Source of the DNA: Paraspadella gotoi
Taxonomy: Eukaryota > Animalia > Chaetognatha
Length of the DNA stretch: 64,000 nucleotides
Assembly (NCBI GenBank): GCA_051294375.1
Contig: CM119264.1
Coordinates: 1,703,662-1,767,661 of the forward strand
Direction of reading: 5' to 3'
Shown: piece by piece, positions 53,305-64,000 of the stretch
Layout: each line of letters begins with the position of its first letter
Numbering within the stretch: the stretch's first letter is position 1
Translations under genes and position numbers: made by a program
The notes under the pieces: model-generated
Told to the model about the DNA's origin: nothing
Database searches by the model: none
What the model saw: only the letters and a program-made list of their open reading frames with translations

Positions 53305-53367
53305 NNNNNNNNNNNNNNNNNNNNNNNNNTTTGGCGGGAAAAATTAAGGCGACAGATCAATGTCATC
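53260..53367 (+). CDS. LGIC-B exon 1 (signal peptide, spans a gap)
   Basis: ATG at 53260, (GTC)n tract, 25-N gap, then LAGKIKATDQCH plus C and a GTAAGT donor. Phase 1 joins exon 2 in frame. Confidence 0.55.
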
Positions 53368-54059
53368 GTAAGTCAATCGTTAGATATGATATAAAACGTT
53401 GAGTTTATATTAAAAAAGACGTCATCTTAACAAGTTCCATTTTGATAAGAAGGATGAAACCATTTTTATAAATACTGATTCAATTTTTTTTTTTTAATTT
53501 TCTTCGATCCATTTTATAAGATTGATTCATTCATAATTAATTATAATAATTAATTATATTAATTATTAATTTTAATTATTTATTATATATTTCATATCTT
53601 AATAAATTCGCACAATATTTTTTTCTTATTTTCCTTCTTTCTCTCTGACCCGATTTCTAACCTCCTCCCTTCTACCTCCCTTTCTAACCTCCTCCTTTTC
53701 TAACCTCCTCCATTATCTAACCTCCTCGTTTGCTCCCTCTCTCTTTCATCCATCTATTCATTCCCTCTTTTCCCCCTTCCTTCCCCCTTCCCCTATCCCT
53801 CCCTCTCCCTTCCTACCTCTCTTCCTCCCCTCCCCTCCCCTCTTCCCTCCTCTCTTTCCTCCCATCCCCACATACTACCCTCTCCCTTTCCCTCTCCTCC
53901 TCTCTTTCCCACCTCCCCCACCTCTCCTCTCCCTCCTCTCCTCCCCACCCCTCCCCCACCTCCCCTCTCCCCTCTCCCTCTCCCTTTCCCCTCTCCCTCC
54001 TCTCTTTCCCCTCCCTCCCCCACCTCCCTCTCCCTCCCTCCCTCCCTCCCTCTTCTCAG

Positions 54060-54221
54060 AGGGCCGCCTCAACGGAACCCTGACCAAGAAGTGCATCATG
54101 GATTCGGTGGAGGATCGAAGCGACAAAACGCGGAAAGATGCATGTTTGCGGCAAAGACTGGACTTGGAACATCCACATCACCTTCACGCTTCTCTCTGTT
54201 GACGATCTCAGAGACGATGGG
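54060..54221 (+). CDS. LGIC-B exon 2
   Basis: Long pyrimidine tract-CAG. QGRLNGTLTKKCIMDSVEDRSDKTRKMHVCGKDWTWNIHITFTLLSVDDLRDDG, assuming one extra A near 54135. Confidence 0.75.
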
Positions 54222-54439
54222 GTCGCTCATGTTGTTCATGTTGTTGTTGACGATGTTGATGATGATGTTGATGTTGTTGTTTTTGATGTTGCATTGTAGT
54301 GACGTTGCTAATGTGGTTGATGTTGTTGATGCTTTTACAATTGTATGTTGTTCTTAAAAAGCATTATTTATTTAATTTTGAATTTATTAACGCAATTAAT
54401 TGATGATAAAAGATTAATATTGAACAATCTTCTTCACAG

Positions 54440-54555
54440 ACGATGCAAAGTCGCATTCGCTTGAAGACCGAATGGCCCGACGAGAATCTTGGTTGGCCGG
54501 CCAAAGAGTTGGCCAACAAAGAAGACACCATTCTCATGCCGTCCAGTCTTGCCAG
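54440..54555 (+). CDS. LGIC-B exon 3
   Basis: CACAG...GTCTGA, 116 nt: TMQSRIRLKTEWPDENLGWPAKELANKEDTILMPSSLAR. Same intron positions and phases as LGIC-A. Confidence 0.9.
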
Positions 54556-55213
54556 GTCTGATGTGGTTCATTCTTGTCAGGTCTGATGTGGTTCATTCTT
54601 GCCAGGTCTGATTCGCTTTAGACTGGCTAGATCCGATGTGGTTCATTATTGCCAGGTCTTCGAAAATGTTGGGATATTGATACGATGGACTGCAACATAA
54701 ATTTCATTTAGTTCATTTGTGATTGAACAATGAAAAAAATTTAACATTTAGAATAGAAAAAGTTTTATTGTGTGCCTTTGCTTTTCGTCCATCGTTTAAC
54801 TTAAAAAGAAATCATTTCCTTTTTCTGAAATTAAATAAAACCAAGAATTATAAAATTAATTTTATGTCAAGTGACGTAGTGATGTGATCACACCGAAAAA
54901 ATAAAAAAAAACCTTTTAAGGAATTTCGAGATATAATTATACAAGTGAGAAGTTTGCAAAAGAATTCCTACTCGATTCGAGACAGAGCAGAGCGCCAAAG
55001 GATCAAGCGCGGATTAAATTTAAAACTAAACAAGAAAAAACAATAAATAAACAAAAGGCGTTCGTAGTGAATTTTTTTTAATGAAAAAGAAAAGAAAACA
55101 GTTTTCTTTAGTCGGACTTGATCCTCTTTCGGTTTCTTTGCTTTTTTAAAATCATTTTTCTTTTTCTTTTTTTAACTTACATTTCGTACAATATAAGTGT
55201 CAATTCGTCCTTT

Positions 55214-55546
55214 CGGCTCTCTTTTCCTAGAGTGCCTCATTTCTGATTGTTTATCCCAGAAATTAATTTTAGCTTAAATATTTAACCTAAATATGTTCTT
55301 AAACTTATAAACAAATCCTAAAATCCTAATCTCTAACCTTAATCCTAACTTAATTTTGACCCTTATCTTTAATCCCTTATTCTGAATTTGTAATCCTAAC
55401 CTCTAACCCTAAATGCTGATTATTAACTTTAATCACTAACCTTCTTGCAAACCTAATCCTTAACCTCTAACCTAAATTTTAATTAAAAAAGATTAACCTA
55501 ATTCGGAATTGAAGATAAAACGGGGCATTCGGGGAAAATAAGGCCG
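55214..55546 (-). mobile_element. MITE, same telomere-like family, in an LGIC-B intron
   Basis: CGGCTCTCTTTTCCTAGAGTGCCTCATTT...AAACGGGGCATTCGGGGAAAATAAGGCCG flanking (TAACCC/TAATCC)-like repeats. Further copies near 16918, 37135, 55785, 58020 and 61770-62192. Confidence 0.7.
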
Positions 55547-56196
55547 TCTATTTTCTCTTTTCTCTCATTGATCATCATTTATTCATTCCACTTTATTCTT
55601 AATTTCTTTTCTTCTCGACTTCTATTTTTTTTACTCGCTTTCTTTTTTATTCCTCCACCTACTTAATCTATTTTTAACACCGCCTTTCGAACCACCTCGT
55701 CCACCCACTAATCCCACTCTTGTCCCCCCCTTATCCTCCCACTCTATCCTCCACTATATTTTCCGTTGATCCTTCCTCTTTTTGTCTTTATTTTCCTAAA
55801 GCACCTCGTTTCATCTTAAATTCGGAATTAAAGCAGTTTTGAGGATTAATTATTAAGTCAAAGGTGAAGGATTAGGATTAAAGATTAAGTTACTGATTTG
55901 GGTTAAAAATGAGGATTAAGGATTAAGTTACTGATTTGGGTTCAGGATTAGCATTAAAAATTAATTTTTAGTATTGGGCGTTAGGCTCAGAGATTAAGTT
56001 CAAGGTTTTGGGTTAGGGTTGAGTATTTGGTTAGGGATTAGAGTTGGGAATTAAAGTTAAAGATTAATTTTTAGGTTTGGCAATAGATTAAAGTTAAAGA
56101 CCTATCTTAAAACAAATTGAGGGGAGATTAAGTCTGCTCGAAATGGGCCACTTTTGGAATTGTTTTGTTGTTTCAACCCCAAAATCTCGCCACCAG

Positions 56197-56409
56197 GTGG
56201 CCAAAATTCGTGCTTCTCGACGATCAAGATTCACAAAATTCACTCATGAAGAAAATGAGCGAATTTCCGGTGAAAATCAACAACAAAGGAGACAACACGA
56301 TGATGGCCGAGGTCACCACGGTTACCGCCTGCAATATGGACACCACTTACTTTCCAAACGACATCCAAACTTGCAGAATCAAGATCGCTCTCATTCCGTT
56401 GAGCATTCG
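56197..56409 (+). CDS. LGIC-B exon 4 containing the intact Cys-loop
   Basis: WPKFVLLDDQDSQNSLMKKMSEFPVKINNKGDNTMMAEVTTVTA-CNMDTTYFPNDIQTC-RIKIALIPLSIR. C-x13-C with FPxD; CAG acceptor and GTGAGG donor. Confidence 0.93.
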
Positions 56410-56754
56410 GTGAGGAAGAGGGGAAGGAGGAGGAGGAGGAGGAGGAGGAGAAGGAGGATGATGATTGGTGATGATTGGTGCGTGATTGATGATAATGATG
56501 ATCATAATTGGTGATGATGATATTAATTATGATAAATCAATTATTGATCGAGTAAACTGATTGATTGATTGATTAATAATCGTTTTAATGATTATTTGAT
56601 TGCCGGTTATTAAAAATTATTGATTGTTTGATTGTATGAATAATCGATTGACTAGATAAGATTGATTTCATTCCATTGATCGATTATTCGATTTTGATTG
56701 ATTGCTTAATTGTATCGATTGATTGATCTAACTCCCCCGCCCCCTCTATTTCAG

Positions 56755-56917
56755 AGACATCGCCAATCTGACCGTCAGCTACGAACACGACGACGATCTC
56801 TTCGACGAATCCGTTGATTGGCCGCTGGAGCCGACTTACTCCAGCACCACCACTGGAGCTTTGATCGTAGGAGTCGTCACCGACAGCGACGACGGAACCA
56901 GGACCAAAGACACGAAG
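56755..56917 (+). CDS. LGIC-B exon 5 (loop F, loop C)
   Basis: TTCAG acceptor, phase-2 join. DIANLTVSYEHDDDLFDESVDWPLEPTYSSTTTGALIVGVVTDSDDGTRTKDTK then GT. Confidence 0.88.
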
Positions 56918-59900
56918 GTTTTTGTTGTTTTTTTTTGGGAGGGAGGTTTGTTTTGGTTTTGTTTCGTTATTTACTTTTTCTTTCTGTTTTGTTATTTTGT
57001 TTGAATTTTCTTTTCTTTTCTTTATTTATTTGTTTTTGTTCTGTTGTTTATTTTTTTTTTTAAATTGTTTGGTTTTTATATTTTGTCTTTTTGTTTTATT
57101 TTTGTCTTGTTTTGTTTAGTTTTGCTTTTCTTTTCTTCTGATTTTCTTTTCTTTTCTTTAGTTTAATAGCGAGATAGATTTCGTAATTGCCGCCTGTTTT
57201 AGTTATCGATTATATTTATTTATTTCATGGAATTAGNNNNNNNNNNNNNNNNNNNNNNNNNAATTTCCTGCGAAGGGAATCTCTTTTATTTTTATGTCTC
57301 AAAAATTACACTTCTCGTCACGTTCATTCTAAAATTTATTTCTTACTGTTTTTTGTCTAAATATCAATCAGGCTCTGTTGATTTAAATTATTTGAAACAA
57401 GATAGATGCTGATTCTTGTTTCGTCTTCTTCACTATTTTCAATAATAATCTTTTATTTGTACTTATCCATCCCTTTCTGTACCAAAATAGCAATAATTTC
57501 TTTTAACATATCTAATAATAGATAATCATAACGTATATACACCAAAAAACATTACTGAAATCTTTTTTCTCTGTAAAAAGATGATGAACTTTAAAAATAG
57601 CTGAATAGATTTATCAACCAGTATAGATATTAATTAAATTTTGGATTCAAATTACTATTATTCAATGTAAAAGAGGGTTTAAAATAAAATCACAGCGTTA
57701 AAAATGAATATAAATAAAAACACACATGCAACGTTTTTCCAATGATAAAAATGTATATAATAAAATAACACTGATAAAACGACTTTCTAGAAGTACCAAA
57801 AAGTGAATAACACACACGTTTAACCATACAGCGCAGAACGAATATTTCCAAAGAGATCAACTAACTTAAAACCGAGCGAAGAAAACACGCTTTTTTGTTC
57901 CAATGTAAAAGAGATAAAAAGAAGTTCTCTCTAAGGGTTACTTAGAGAACAACTAATATCAATCCAAACCACTTAAAAAAACTGACTTATTACCTAACTA
58001 AAATTCGGCTATTAATCTGAAATGGGGCGCTTGGGATAAATATGGCCGTTAAGACACCCTATTAAAATTATGTCTATTTTTTTTAAGCATGATTTAACGG
58101 AGTTAAGAACTCGTAAAGTATCAAAAAAACGTCGATAAGAGGGAATCAAATATTTCTAGAGGCATAGTCATGTCCTCCATGTTGTAAGATAAATCCGTAA
58201 TCTGCTTCGCGAGTTTTATTTTAGCAAACAACAACAACATTGGAAATTATCGTTACCTATTTGCTTACTCTAAAATAAGAAAAAAAGCAAAAATACATGA
58301 TTAGCACGTAATAATACTTACTGTAATTGATAGTTAAACTTTTTTTTTTCCCGATTGCTCCCATTAAAATAGCACCTTCCGTAAATAACTTGAATATGAG
58401 GGCCGCGATACTGCTGATGATTTATACCTCGACCTCTATCTCTCATCATCGTCTTTTCCCTAACGACCACATGATCCTCAGACCTCCGGTCATTGAATCA
58501 GTCGTCCCGGCCTTCAATGTATTTGTTAATTATTACTATTTTTAATCAAAAAAATTGATGTCTTTTCTTTTAAAAAACCCCATTTTTTCTAGGGTCCTTG
58601 TGATACTTCACACTTTGAATCGATCACGGCAGACCATAAACCCGATCGGAAACTAAAAAGTAATACCAAAAACTACTCGTAGCAATTATCGACTAACTGT
58701 CAATATCAAGAAACACGTTTTCGCTAGACGCAAAGACGAAAATGTCTATGCACGTTCATACGTGTATGAAAATCATATGAAAAAATTTCAAAGAATCGAA
58801 AACAAGGCATCATTGCGGAGGCGCAGCGCAATGTGAGTTCAAAACGTTCTGCACTGGTTGCATACTTCCTCATCCTTTCTTGCGTGATGGATTATTTTTA
58901 TTCTCCGGCGACGACGCCGTGGCAAAGCGCCGCCAAGGACACGCCCGCGAAACTCGCGCGAGGATATCATTCTCCTTTAACCCTCGGCTCATGGATTTGG
59001 ACTTGAAACAAGTTTTTGTAACGTCAACAGTCGACTCTTTTGGATCAAAATAAGCTTTTTAGCCAAACCATGGATACGCGGCCAGTGTGGTAAGATGCAC
59101 CGCGCTCGCGGCTTACGCACGTGCTTTCAGAGACCGCGACTTAGGGGGGGATGAGGCCTGAGTTACCGCGAGACATCGACTACTCTCTCTCCATTTCCCC
59201 TCACGGCCACATGAGCCGGTCAGACTCCGGTCCATTGGTCTCGTCGTCTCCCGGGCTGTTCAAACGGAGCTTTCTAGAATTCGCCGTGTGGCCGGAGCCA
59301 CGAGGAGACCATCTGAATACCGTCTGTCAACCCTCTGAAGACTGTTTTCACGGACAAGGTTAATTATTGTCTCTTTTCTCGCTAGTATGAACATAGGTTT
59401 GAATAGTGAATTTATATTTCTCTCGCTTATAATATATTGTTCTCTCTCGCCTAATCCTTCCTTATGTCGTGGCTACTTCACCACCACAATTGAAGAATCA
59501 TCTAGTTCTGTAAAGACAAAATTTGATAAGTCCATTTTTTTTACTTTTTAAATCTTTTTTAATGATGCAAATAGGGTAAAACCGCCTGAAAATCAATTAG
59601 CAAAGAGTAAAAGATACGAGCTTTCAAATCAGGTTCATTAGAGAAAATTGACGCCTTAAAAATGCATAAAGTGAAGTAATTGAATCTAGGCAAAAATGTA
59701 CTATATCCTTGCCCCATTTGAGGATATTTATTCTGTACGAGAGGTTTTTGAGTGGATGGAAAGTAAGAGGATGAAGTACAGTTTATAGTTCATCAGTACT
59801 CGGTGTCAAGATTTTGAAATGATCACAAAAAAGATAATTTTATAGATCGAGGGTTTTTTTAGTAATGAGGGATTTATCTAAGTTGAAGGTAAACATATGT

Positions 59901-61145
59901 CGGTACTATAAGCAATAGCTTAATTTTAAATGTTATCATGTTCATTTGGAGTTTTAAGTTGTCGCTAACGATATGCGAGACTCTATAAGTTACTCTTGTT
60001 ATTGGATCGGTTCGTAGTACTGCATAATTATACTTGTCCGTTATCTACTTCAATTCAGTTTCTTTAATTGCTATAAATCTAATTTTAATAAAAATGTAAT
60101 ACTGAGATCATTCTACGATTTGCAAACAGACGTGGGATATAAGGTATTATTACATGCTTTTGTTTACAGTTGTTAAGTACAAGTGATCCATATATATAGA
60201 GTCTGATAGAGACTTTTTTTCATATATACTCTGTGTGAGTTGTTCTCATAAAATTGCTTGTAAGGACAACTGAAATCTAGTTGTAGATGCTTGTTAGTAT
60301 GTATCGTCGCTTTGCCTTAAGCAGAAGTCGGTGATAAATATTATATTAATGTGTTTGATTAAAACATTATAAAAATAAAAAAATTAAGATTTTAGATGAA
60401 AATTTGCAAAATTACTTGTTTCAACCATATTTTTTAGTTTTCTATTTTGAATATATTTTAATAATTTTATGAACGGTTTATAGTTTCTAATACTATATCA
60501 ATTTTTTCAAACATATATTGGGCTTTCTTGTTTTTAAAAATGTTTTATGTTTTCTAATAAATTCAATTTCTTTTGACTGATAGAGCTTACTAGCAAAGTT
60601 AGATTAGAAGGTTTATTAATTAGCAACTTGATGTTGTTGCATTGTTGTTAGCAATTTTTTTTTTTATTTTTAGAGATTTCATATATTTTGTAATTAACAA
60701 ATTATTAATTAATAATGATGATGAGTAATTATAAAATTTTTATCAATAAAAGTTGTTTATTTGGAATTTGTAGTAACTAACCTTTATCATAAACTTTTTA
60801 AATCTTTATCAAGAATCCATTTTTAATAATTGTAAATTTCTTTAAAAAAATTTTAAGCTATTTCTTTTTATATTATGTGAATATTTAAATGCTTCATGCA
60901 TGAGGAAAATTTGAAGTTTTCATCAAATTTAAATGCATGAGAGTCAATTTGGTTGTAAAAATGACAAAAGACTTTTACTTGCCGACTTTTTGTCATATTG
61001 TAAATGTAAAAATTCTGGCCGACTTATTGGCTTAAGAAGTCACAATAAGAAGTCATGGCGAATAACATTTTGAAGACTTGCGGCGGATCTTGTTTTTCCA
61101 TTTTACTTTAAATCTACTAGGTTTCCATAAGTTTATGGTTTACAG

Positions 61146-61436
61146 GACCTAGTCACCCGACATCTCATTTAACGCACCTCTTTCGCCGGATCAACATGCC
61201 GCGTGTCGAAAAAGTCGCGCTGCAGCGGGGTGGAGTTGGGATGTGTAACGCGGAGACGCCGGCAGACAAGCGTGAGATCGAGAACATGACGATGGAGATT
61301 GACGGCAAAAGCCAGGACGAGGTGTCGGCGAGACGCTCCCGTGCGCGCGAATCTGCTGGATTAGAGGGAGAAATGGCGGGGAAAGAAAATTTGCGATTGG
61401 AAAATGTCCGAGATGAGGGCGCGAGATTGTGGCGAG
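61146..61436 (+). CDS. Probable exon of an unidentified, possibly coiled-coil protein (error-rich)
   Basis: GC-rich island between TACAG and GAG/GTGA, with the E/R/L-rich reading REIENMTMEIDGKSQDEV...LEGEMAGKENLRLENVR. Confidence 0.3.
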
Positions 61437-64000
61437 GTGATTTTGGTTTGTTGCAGGATTTTTTTAGAAGATTGTCCAGTTTGAGCCAATTATACATGTA
61501 AGGGCAATTTAGTACCGACACGCTTGCAATTCTGCTAGTTTGCAGAACTTCGGATTGTGACTGTAGTTCGGCCGCTACAGGTCGGGTAGACAGTCACGTC
61601 CGCTGTAGTAGGCATTTGACACGTATGGGTCGCGGGAAATCCAAGCACCGGGTAGGTGGGAAGAAAGAATTGTCTCGCTCATTACGCGCAACCAGGGGCT
61701 TGCCCTATGGATTTCAGTCAGAGTGCGTGAATGTGTCGGCGATCAGAGGTATAGGTTTAAAGGGTTACGGCTTAGGATGAGAAGTTCATGGGTAAGAGGA
61801 TTTATCGTTAGGGATTAGGATTAAGTATCAGGTGGAGGGATTTTATCGTTAGGGAATTAGGATTGAAGTTGCAGGTTAGGGATTATCATTAGGAGTAGAT
61901 TAAGTTCGATAAGGGGGATTTATGGTTTTGGGAGTTAGGTGTAAGTTCGCTGGCTGTTAGGGGATTTTATCATTAGGGATTAGGTTAGTTGCGGCGTAAG
62001 GGAATCGTTGCAATGCAATTAAAGTCGGAGGGATTTTTCAGGGATTGGTCAAGTTCTGGTGTATGAAGCATCTTATTTTGGAAGTGGATAGTTTGTTCTA
62101 GTTGTTTGTAAATATTAAAAAAGAGTTAAAATTAAGTTAGAGATAAAACAAACACAGAAATGGGGACGCTCCATCGGAGGAAAAAGAGAGCCCAACGTGC
62201 GGCAACCTCACCCGCCCAAAAGAGGCGTCGTGCCCAACTGAGATTCTTGGATCAGTAAAAATCTCCATCCTGCTTCCTTTCTCCTCAGTCCATGTCGATA
62301 CGTGTCGTCCTGCGGCTGTCTGGCTTCCTAGCTGGTCGTCCCGGCGGAGCCCTGAAGGCAGCGAGCGGCGCGTGGGATGCTCGTTTGCTCCAGCCGAGCG
62401 GCGGAACGAAGCATGGTGCCAACGGAAAGAGAAGGGACCTATGCGTTTGTTCCGAAAGGCAAATGGCGGACAAGAGGTGCGAAAAAAGGAGGGTTCGCCG
62501 TAGGTCCACGCATGTGGGTTCTTTGTAGGGGAGCCAGATGTGTCGCTGAAATTTTGGGGTGGGTATGGGGTATGATGGGGTAAATCTTAAAGTGAGAATC
62601 TAGATGTTTGGAGTAAGGCTCTAGGAGTCGGCTGAAGAGCTTACCTATCTGTATGCTTTCTGTGCCGCGCCTGGCAGCAGGCAATTGAATGGGTCCTTTT
62701 CCTGGTGGGAACCGAGGCTTCCGGGGTAAGTTTTTACTTTTGCTTGATCGTTCTGTCCGCCCCCTTGGGTCCGTGGGCTTCGGAAAAGGTCAACGTGAGC
62801 CAGCGCGGTGTGACTATTGTATGGGTCCTATGAGCGCGACAGGTGAAGCTTAGCCGTAATGCCGAAGAACGATAAAACAATAGAAAGTTAGCCCCTTTAA
62901 TTATTTAATAAGACCGTGCTAGTCGATCCTTGCCTCCTTGGGTCAGTTCAGGTTAAGATATTAACATACTAATAAGGAAAATGTTAGCTTAAGCTGTTTA
63001 ATGCGAGACTTGAAGTTATCACGCAGGAAGTTTTATAAGCCACGGGATATTAAATGAATATTTTTGGAGTCTTATGATCACGGATGTTGTAATTTGGACG
63101 GTTGGTGGATGATAGAAATAGACTGAAAATGCTTGTCTCAAGTTGCTTTAGGCAACAAGCTTAACTACTGGAGAAAGTATTAGCCTCGCGTGCGAGCTAA
63201 GATTTTTTTTTAAGGTTGGAGAAAAGTGAACGGCAATTTAGAATGGAGGGAAAACGGAGAGAGAGGAGAGAGAGAGAGGTAGATAAGAGAGAATGAAGGA
63301 AAATTCATATCGGAATCAATAAAGACGCAACGACACGATATGACGTTTTTTCCAATCCTGACTAGGCCTGTACGCACATGTCATCCACCATGCCGTGCCT
63401 TATCCCAGAAAGTCAGTGGTGTGACCCTTCCTCCCTGTTCAGCGCATTCTCCTTGCTCACTTAACGCTGTTCAACGGCCAACATAGTGGACTGCCTATGG
63501 TGAGAGGACCATAGTAAATGACTGAACCGATCCGTGTTCTGCGCGCTTTCTGTGGTGAGAAATAGAGTAAATTCCATATATAACTATACTTTGACACTAT
63601 CTTTTGTCTCTTCTTCTGTCTCTCTGCTCTTACGTCTGCACTCTCTCATCTCTGCTCAGTCGTTCTTCTGCTCTCTGTCCTAGTCTCAATCTAGGCGTAG
63701 AGGCAAAAATAGCAGAATCTCTCGCACTCAGTGATCCATAATAGTCGTTTGCCTTTTACTGTTCCTTTAATTCCCAAGGAGTAACTTCAGTTCTTATTCT
63801 ATTTTTTTTTTAAGGCCGGGAACAAATTTTCTGTTTCTTTTGGAAATATCATCGCGGCGCCCGGGCTTTAAAATGCTAACATGTAAAGAACATGAGACAA
63901 AAACAATAAAACCTGAAACAATGAAAAAGTGTTCATCTACAAGATCAACTCTTTTTAAAGTCGTTTTGGAAAAACAAAAAATAGAGAGCGTGTTAAAGTT

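Noticed and set aside
33901-56917. Naming the channels as cephalopod chemotactile receptors or a specific nAChR subunit
   Set aside because: Host taxon unknown, genes are intron-rich, and no diagnostic similarity can be established by eye.
58842-58910. KRSALVAYFLILSCVM as LGIC-B M1
   Set aside because: No acceptor, no M1 proline, no similarity to LGIC-A M1, and no following M2.

Overview
Eukaryotic (invertebrate animal-like) AT-rich, microsatellite-dense scaffold from a gapped draft assembly. Several stretches look like unpolished long-read fill (dense 1-2 nt indels), so most supplied ORFs are low-complexity noise. Manual splicing recovers three genes the ORF track mostly misses. (1) A minus-strand TARP/stargazin (CACNG5/7-like, claudin superfamily) gene with exons 18963-18867, 7947-7824 and 6977-6826. 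(2) LGIC-A, a near-complete plus-strand, very divergent cation-type Cys-loop channel subunit, with exons 33901-38919 and MA/M4 exons at 49917-50189. (3) LGIC-B, its tandem paralog at 53260-56917, with only extracellular exons visible. Both channels keep the Cys-loop fold but have lost the loop A/B/D aromatics and the loop-C vicinal cysteines, making them candidate orphan or chemosensory receptors. Large duplications (three copies of a 2.4-3.8 kb block in fold-back orientation, and a ~10.2 kb tandem copy) are probably assembly artefacts. Also present: HINE/DINE-1-like Helentron elements, a MITE family with a telomere-like interior, a second MITE, a tRNA-derived SINE, minisatellites and promoter-motif clusters.
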